64,000 bases of DNA from an uncultured Candidatus Saccharibacteria bacterium (GTDB lineage Bacteria > Patescibacteriota > Minisyncoccia > Sungbacterales > HO2-52-23). This document shows, in pieces, positions 58,725 to 64,000 of the stretch. The stretch lies in the NCBI GenBank assembly GCA_964585475.1, contig CAZPDF010000005.1, positions 3,323 through 67,322 on the forward strand, given 5' to 3'. Position 1 is the first letter of the stretch; each line of letters begins with the position of its first letter. The notes under the pieces were generated by a model that did not search any database, was not told the origin of the DNA, and saw only the letters and a program-made list of their open reading frames with translations. A program made the position numbers and the translations under genes.

Positions 58725-59732
58725 TTAATTTAACTTAGCCGGTTTGGGTGTGGCAAGCGCTATCCGTTCCACCATCAATTGTTCCCCGCGGCGTGAGAGT
58801 ATTCCTAAAGTCAGCATAAGTTTCACCGACGCAAACGTCGTAAGAAGCGCCAAATAATATAGCGGTATGGTGAGAGTTTTCAGCGCAAAGAAAAATGTAA
58901 CGGCGGCAGCGTAGGGAAGAAATACTTTGTATGGCCCGAGCAGGGTTTCCAGACGTTGGGTAAGAGCAGTATAGAAGATATCCGCGATTTGCTCCTTACC
59001 GCTTAGTTTAAGGCCAAAGTTTTTGGCGAATTCATCGCGCTGCGCCAAAATTAATTTCTCAAACTCAATTTTGGATATTGAACCAAGAGGTATTTTTTGC
59101 GCCTCGAACTGCTCCACGAGAAGCTGCCTGATAGCTTCATCCACGGTTGCGTTAAGATCAAGACCCTGAAGCCCGCCCAGAGACGTAAGCGATTTTCCAA
59201 AAACTTCGAGTGCTGCCGTAAACGCGGATTTCGGAAAAATAGCTACGATGGCTTTATCTTCGGGGATAGCGCCCAAGAAAAAAACCGAAACAATAATTGA
59301 GAAGGCAGTAAAATATATCGGAAGGCCGGATTTCAGAAATTTGGTTATGCTGAATCCGAGCGATAACTCATACTCTTCGTGTATGCGAAACGCGGCAAAT
59401 GCCGCAAGCAGAATGCCCAAGGCCAGCGCTCCTAACGCTGCGCCCGATGGCGGCATAAAAAAATATGCTAAAGCCATGCTCGCGACAACGGCCGGATAAA
59501 GAACGTACTTTCCTTTTATAAAAAGAGCGCCAAGTGAAAAAAATAAAGCCGCAAGAACGAGAGTTGCGATCGAAGCAAGATATACAGTCGCCGTCCCGAA
59601 TTCCCCGGCAACGATTTGAGGCGCCACGTCCTGCCACAACCAAAATGCAACGGCGCTGGTGGAAACAGCAAGAAACGCGAGAATAAGTTCTTTGAGATTA
59701 AAGTTCAAGGTATGGGTGATATCCCTCAACAT
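58725..59732 (-). CDS. Multi-pass membrane protein of unknown function
   Basis: About six TM segments. Confidence 0.75.
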   Translation of the reverse strand: MLRDITHTLNFNLKELILAFLAVSTSAVAFWLWQDVAPQIVAGEFGTATVYLASIATLVLAALFFSLGALFIKGKYVLYPAVVASMALAYFFMPPSGAALGALALGILLAAFAAFRIHEEYELSLGFSITKFLKSGLPIYFTAFSIIVSVFFLGAIPEDKAIVAIFPKSAFTAALEVFGKSLTSLGGLQGLDLNATVDEAIRQLLVEQFEAQKIPLGSISKIEFEKLILAQRDEFAKNFGLKLSGKEQIADIFYTALTQRLETLLGPYKVFLPYAAAVTFFFALKTLTIPLYYLALLTTFASVKLMLTLGILSRRGEQLMVERIALATPKPAKLN

Positions 59733-59738
59733 TTTTTT

Positions 59739-59915
59739 CTATTTCTTCCAATCCGAAATTGCCACACGGTTTTTGCCGAGCGACTTTACCACGACCTTTT
59801 GGCGTTCTTGCCAGCCGAGATTACGGATGATCGAGGTTGGTATCGTAATATAGTACGTTCCTTTGGAGCGCTGGATATTTCGAACGTGATGTTTATAGAG
59901 TTTTCTTCGGGCCAT
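59739..59915 (-). CDS. AbrB/MazE/SpoVT-like DNA-binding protein (58 aa, missing from the ORF track)
   Basis: MARRKLYKHHVRNIQRSKGTYYITIPTSIIRNLGWQERQKVVVKSLGKNRVAISDWKK. Confidence 0.75.
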   Translation of the reverse strand: MARRKLYKHHVRNIQRSKGTYYITIPTSIIRNLGWQERQKVVVKSLGKNRVAISDWKK

Positions 59916-59926
59916 ACACCTATGAT

Positions 59927-59972
59927 AAAAGAATCCTAGTCAGAATCCTAGGATTCTGACTAGGATTCTTTT
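59927..59972. repeat. Perfect loopless 46-bp palindrome
   Basis: aaaagaatcctagtcagaatcct|aggattctgactaggattctttt. Confidence 0.95.
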
Positions 59973-59983
59973 GATGTTCCGCT

Positions 59984-61876
59984 CTACTCCTTTTTATCTT
60001 CGTCTTTTTTCTTCTCTTCAAATTCTGCCTCTTTGACGTCTCCCTCTTTTTTCTCTCCTTCGCCGCCCGCACCCGCCTGTTTATATAGTACCTCGCCAAT
60101 CTTTTGCAGTGAAGTTGAAAGATCCTGGCTCGCACGCTTAATCGCCTCGCCATCGCTGTTGTCTTTCACGCTTTTCAAAGCGCTGATTTTTGCCTCGATT
60201 TCGTTTTTTAGTTCAGCGCTGACCTTATCTCCCGCATCTCTCAATGCCTTCTCAGCAGTATAAATAAGCGTATCCGCTATGTTTTTACCCTCAATCAGTT
60301 CCCGCTTCTTGCGATCCTCCTCCGCATGAAGTTCGGCATCCTTCTTCATCTTCTCAATTTCCTCCTTGGAGAGAGAAGTTGAGGCCTCAATTCTAACCGA
60401 CTGCTCTTTTCCGGTGGCCTTGTCCCTGGCCTTTACGGATAAGACACCGTTCGCATCAATATCAAACGCCACCTCAACTTGAGGCATGCCTCTTGGAGCT
60501 GTCGGAATCCCATCTAAAATGAATCTTGCCAGAGTTTTATTGTTTTCAGCCATTTCGCGCTCGCCCTGCAAAACATGAATTTCAACCGAGGTTTGATTGT
60601 CGGCTGCGGTTGAAAAAACTTGGGATTTTGCCGTAGGAACGGTGGTATTTTTCTCAATGATTTTGGTCATAACACCGCCAAGGGTTTCGATTCCGAGCGA
60701 TAAGGGGGTCACATCCAGAAGCAATACGTCTTTTACTTCTCCCTGCAATATACCCGCTTGGATCGCAGCGCCGATCGCCACCACCTCATCCGGGTTGATA
60801 GTACGATTGGGTTCTTTGCCAACAAGCTTTTTTACTGCATCAATTATGGCCGGCATCCGGGTTTGCCCTCCCACCAATATTATCTCGTCAATGTCGGCCA
60901 TGGGAAAACCGGAGTCCTTGATGACTTGCCTGGTAATTTCGACTGATTTATCAATCATATCTCTTACTAATTCCTCCAGTTTTGCCCGGCTGAATTTCAT
61001 CACCAGATGCTTAGGACCGGATTCGTCGGAAGTTATGAAGGGAAGATTGATTTCTGTCTCGGGGGTGGTGGAAAGTTCATGTTTTGCTTTTTCGGCAGAT
61101 TCTTTAAGGCGTTGGAGCGCCAGAGTATCTTTGGATAAATCAATTCCCTGATCCTTCTTAAACTCCTCCACGATCCATTTGATTATCCGCTGATCAAAAT
61201 CGTCTCCTCCCAGATGCGTATCGCCGCCTACTGCTTTTACTTCGATCGTATCTTCGGTAACTTCCAGCACCGAGAGGTCAAAAGTTCCTCCCCCGAAGTC
61301 GTACACTACGATTTGTTCGTTCTTTTTCTTGTTGAATCCGTAAGCCAGAGCCGCCGCAGTCGGCTCATTCAAGATCCGGCGTACTTTAAATCCGGCAATT
61401 TCTCCGGCGGCCTGCGTGGCTTTTCTTTGCGAGTCATCAAAATAAGCCGGCACGGTGATCACCGCCTCGGTTATTTTTTCCCCGAGCTTATCCTCGGCAT
61501 CATGCTTCAATTTTTGGAGCACCATGGCGGAGATTTCTTCAGGGCGATATGCCTTGTCGCCCATTTTTATCTCAACTCCGTTGTTGGCCGTCTCTTTTAA
61601 TTCATACGGAAGCCACTCTTTATCGCGCTTTACTTCCTTATCGCTAAATTTCCGTCCGATAAGGCGTTTAACGGAAAAAAGGGTGTTCTTTGGATTGGTC
61701 ACGGCCTGCCTTTTGGCTAAAAGGCCCGCTAGGCGATCGCCAGATTTTGAGATCGCGACAATTGAGGGAGTCGTACGATTCCCCTCTTTACTTTCTATTA
61801 TTTTCGGTTCGCCATGTTCAATCACGGCCATGGCGGAATTGGTAGTGCCGAGATCGATTCCTAAGATTTTGGGCAT
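59984..61876 (-). CDS. dnaK: Chaperone DnaK
   Basis: [23 protein letters not shown]. Confidence 0.99.
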   Translation of the reverse strand: MPKILGIDLGTTNSAMAVIEHGEPKIIESKEGNRTTPSIVAISKSGDRLAGLLAKRQAVTNPKNTLFSVKRLIGRKFSDKEVKRDKEWLPYELKETANNGVEIKMGDKAYRPEEISAMVLQKLKHDAEDKLGEKITEAVITVPAYFDDSQRKATQAAGEIAGFKVRRILNEPTAAALAYGFNKKKNEQIVVYDFGGGTFDLSVLEVTEDTIEVKAVGGDTHLGGDDFDQRIIKWIVEEFKKDQGIDLSKDTLALQRLKESAEKAKHELSTTPETEINLPFITSDESGPKHLVMKFSRAKLEELVRDMIDKSVEITRQVIKDSGFPMADIDEIILVGGQTRMPAIIDAVKKLVGKEPNRTINPDEVVAIGAAIQAGILQGEVKDVLLLDVTPLSLGIETLGGVMTKIIEKNTTVPTAKSQVFSTAADNQTSVEIHVLQGEREMAENNKTLARFILDGIPTAPRGMPQVEVAFDIDANGVLSVKARDKATGKEQSVRIEASTSLSKEEIEKMKKDAELHAEEDRKKRELIEGKNIADTLIYTAEKALRDAGDKVSAELKNEIEAKISALKSVKDNSDGEAIKRASQDLSTSLQKIGEVLYKQAGAGGEGEKKEGDVKEAEFEEKKKDEDKKE

Positions 61877-61891
61877 TTTAGATGTTTATAC

Positions 61892-61987
61892 TTCGAGCCT
61901 GTCGACGGTTCGACAAACTCACCGCAGGGAAGAACATTCACATAATTTCTTTACCCTGAGCAGCGTCGAAGGGTCGACAAGCTCGAA
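61892..61987. repeat. Nested REP-like dimers upstream of dnaK
   Basis: Outer ttcgagcctgtcgac/gtcgacaagctcgaa; inner ttcgacaaactca/tgagcagcgtcgaa. Confidence 0.78.
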
Positions 61988-62068
61988 CAGTAACTTTATA
62001 GAGTTGACATTAAATTTTATATTTGATAGGATGTTTACGACCTGAGATTTGGAAAAGGAGGAGCGTCT

Positions 62069-62278
62069 ATGTGGGTTGCTGGAGGAATATTCTTTATACT
62101 ACTCGGGTTTCTTCTCTTCTGGGTGAGTGCCTTAGCGCATATTCCATTCCTCATGAAGGGGGTACTTATCGGATATGGTGCTATCTTCATTAGCGGAGCA
62201 ACTGGCATCATGTCCGAAAGGATATACAAACGCCTTCTTATCAAATCTCAATCCGTAAATCGTTCTTTGGAAAAATAG
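62069..62278 (+). CDS. Small membrane protein
   Basis: ttgaca promoter, aggagg SD, two TM segments. Confidence 0.6.
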   Translation: MWVAGGIFFILLGFLLFWVSALAHIPFLMKGVLIGYGAIFISGATGIMSERIYKRLLIKSQSVNRSLEK

Positions 62279-62280
62279 CC

Positions 62281-62640
62281 ATGTGGCCATCTTCTTCCAC
62301 CACTCCGAAACTCGATTGGATGGGGCATAAATTCATGCTGGTGACATCCATGCCGTTCTATCCCCATGGGCATCTTTATCCCGGCACGATTGTCACGACA
62401 ACCGGCAGGTTCTCTTCGGCGCTCAAAGATCCTGAATGTAAAAATATCAAACCATTAGATCCCCGACTCCTATATATCGGCATAACTCGCCCCGTTCGAA
62501 CTGGGGATGAGGTAGGACTCTCGGAAAACGAATGGCTGCGGGTAGTAGATCTTCTAAACTCAAACCAGGCAATTCCGGTCATCCTTGAATTTAACCAGAG
62601 GTCAGCTGAAAAACGGTTAAAAGCCTTGTTTCTATCTTAA
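62281..62640 (+). CDS. Hypothetical protein
   Basis: 119-aa ORF coupled to the previous ORF, followed by a terminator hairpin. Confidence 0.5.
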   Translation: MWPSSSTTPKLDWMGHKFMLVTSMPFYPHGHLYPGTIVTTTGRFSSALKDPECKNIKPLDPRLLYIGITRPVRTGDEVGLSENEWLRVVDLLNSNQAIPVILEFNQRSAEKRLKALFLS

Positions 62641-62697
62641 TTCATTGATCACAAGTCTCCTTGGCAAGCACGCCGGGGAGATATTTTTTGCAAAAAA

Positions 62698-63237
62698 CTA
62701 TTTCTCTTTAGCTATCCTCACTCTTGCCGGGCGAAGCACTCGCTCGCGAAAGTAATAACCTCTCTGCACTACGTCCCCAATGCTTCCGGCTTCGAACTCC
62801 GATTCTATTTCGCCGATACTTTCGTGCTTTTCGGGATCGAATCTCTCCCCTTTCTCCACTTTCATCACTTCAAGCCCCCGCTTTCTTAAAATATCTTCAA
62901 ATTGCGAACGTATCAAAAGCACCCCCCTCTCTGTTTCCGGCTCGAGTCCATGCCCTACTGCCAGATCAAAACTGTCTAATATAGGTAAAACTTCTTCGAT
63001 AAAACCAGTGGTTACGAACCGCGCCAGATCTTCAAATCTTTTCCCTTCGTCCTTTCTATAATTTATTAAGTCGGCCTTGGCTCTCTGCCAACCCTCAAGA
63101 TAGTCTTTGCGCTCCGCATCGCATTTCTTTAAATCTTCTTTTGTCTTTTTAATCTTTTTCTGCAATTCACTCGCATCTCCTTCCTCATCAGGGACTAACT
63201 CGATATCGCTGGTGTCTTCATTTTTTTCTTCATTCAT
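62698..63237 (-). CDS. grpE: Nucleotide exchange factor GrpE
   Basis: QRAKADLINYRK, FDPEKHE, RGY..RVLRPARV. Confidence 0.97.
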   Translation of the reverse strand: MNEEKNEDTSDIELVPDEEGDASELQKKIKKTKEDLKKCDAERKDYLEGWQRAKADLINYRKDEGKRFEDLARFVTTGFIEEVLPILDSFDLAVGHGLEPETERGVLLIRSQFEDILRKRGLEVMKVEKGERFDPEKHESIGEIESEFEAGSIGDVVQRGYYFRERVLRPARVRIAKEK

Positions 63238-63940
63238 ACCGTTTCGACTTTAAACTTTTTATAAATGCCCTATGTTTCGGATAGTTCGTCCGCTTAGGCC
63301 CAATCATGGCCAGAAACCCGTTAAATCCGTGCGGATGAATCCATGAAGAAAAAATTATGGTATACGGATGCGCAAGCTTCAAAGGATTCTCCTCGCCGAT
63401 AAAAATTCTTTCTTCGTCCATAAAGCCGGGGTCCCGAAATAATTTTCCTAGTGCATCAATGTTATCGATAAATTCTCCGAAATCCCTCAAGCTTGCCGGG
63501 TTATGGAATTCCGGTTCGCCAAGTAGTTCCGAAAACCCGGTATTGTAAAAAGTCGCCTCATCCTGCAGTCCTCCTAAGGCAAACGCCGAAGAGATATGCG
63601 CTGCGGCTTTGCAAAGCTCTCGCACGAATTCTTCTTCCTTGAGCTCCCCATCAAATATATGCTGGATCATCCTCTCCTCCCGGGCAGAAAGTTCAAAATC
63701 TTCCAAGAGATTATCAACAAAAAAGCGGTATCCTTTGTCGGTAGGAATACGTCCGGCAGAAGTATGCGGCTGTTCCAAGTAGCCATATTCATCCAATTTA
63801 AACATTTCATTGCGGATGGTTGCCGTACTAAATTCCGGACTAAATTCATGCACCAATTCTCTCGACGCAACCGGCCGTGCTGTCCTGATATATTCTTTAA
63901 CAGTCGCCCCCAAGATAGTTTTTTGTCTGTCTTTGAGCAT
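63230..63940 (-). CDS. hrcA: Heat-inducible repressor HrcA (short form)
   Basis: ATIRNEM, QPHTSAGRIPTDKGYRFFVD, IGPKR. Confidence 0.96.
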   Translation of the reverse strand: MLKDRQKTILGATVKEYIRTARPVASRELVHEFSPEFSTATIRNEMFKLDEYGYLEQPHTSAGRIPTDKGYRFFVDNLLEDFELSAREERMIQHIFDGELKEEEFVRELCKAAAHISSAFALGGLQDEATFYNTGFSELLGEPEFHNPASLRDFGEFIDNIDALGKLFRDPGFMDEERIFIGEENPLKLAHPYTIIFSSWIHPHGFNGFLAMIGPKRTNYPKHRAFIKSLKSKRYE

Positions 63941-63962
63941 GCTAAATTGTAGTGTATCTGAT

Positions 63963-63989
63963 TTAGCACTCCCATGTCAAGAGTGCTAA
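63963..63989 (-). promoter_or_regulatory. Perfect CIRCE operator overlapping the hrcA -35 (TTGACA)
   Basis: TTAGCACTC-ccatgtcaa-GAGTGCTAA. Confidence 0.96.
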
Positions 63990-64000
63990 TATTGACAGTT

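Overview
Chromosomal window of a small-genome bacterium, most likely a CPR/Patescibacteria (Parcubacteria-like) organism. That assignment is an inference from the compact, typically CPR gene set, the short AspS and the UvrC lacking its HhH tail; the code is standard (TGA is stop). Core genes cover translation (fmt, def, rplI, rpmA, gltX, aspS, tRNA-Lys, tRNA-Ala), cell wall (murC/D/G, ftsW, mraY, ddl, dacA-like, M23), scpAB, pyrG, a Xer-type recombinase, uvrA/uvrC and the heat-shock genes (hrcA-grpE-dnaK-dnaJ, groES-groEL, two CIRCE operators). These are interleaved with many self-contained promoter-ORF-terminator orphan cassettes. The dominant unexplained signal is a dense, multi-family population of short (30-165 bp) palindromic insertion elements, with no transposase in the window. 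They sit in frame inside fmt, mraY, gltX, uvrA and uvrC, rewrite the C-termini of the Xer recombinase, ScpB and MurD, and nest inside each other. Most striking: a tRNA-Ala gene (43958-44363) is split into five pieces by four palindromic inserts, and the anticodon insert carries a second, intact tRNA-Ala(UGC). gltX shows a comparable arrangement, with a disrupted 5' copy followed by a fresh start.
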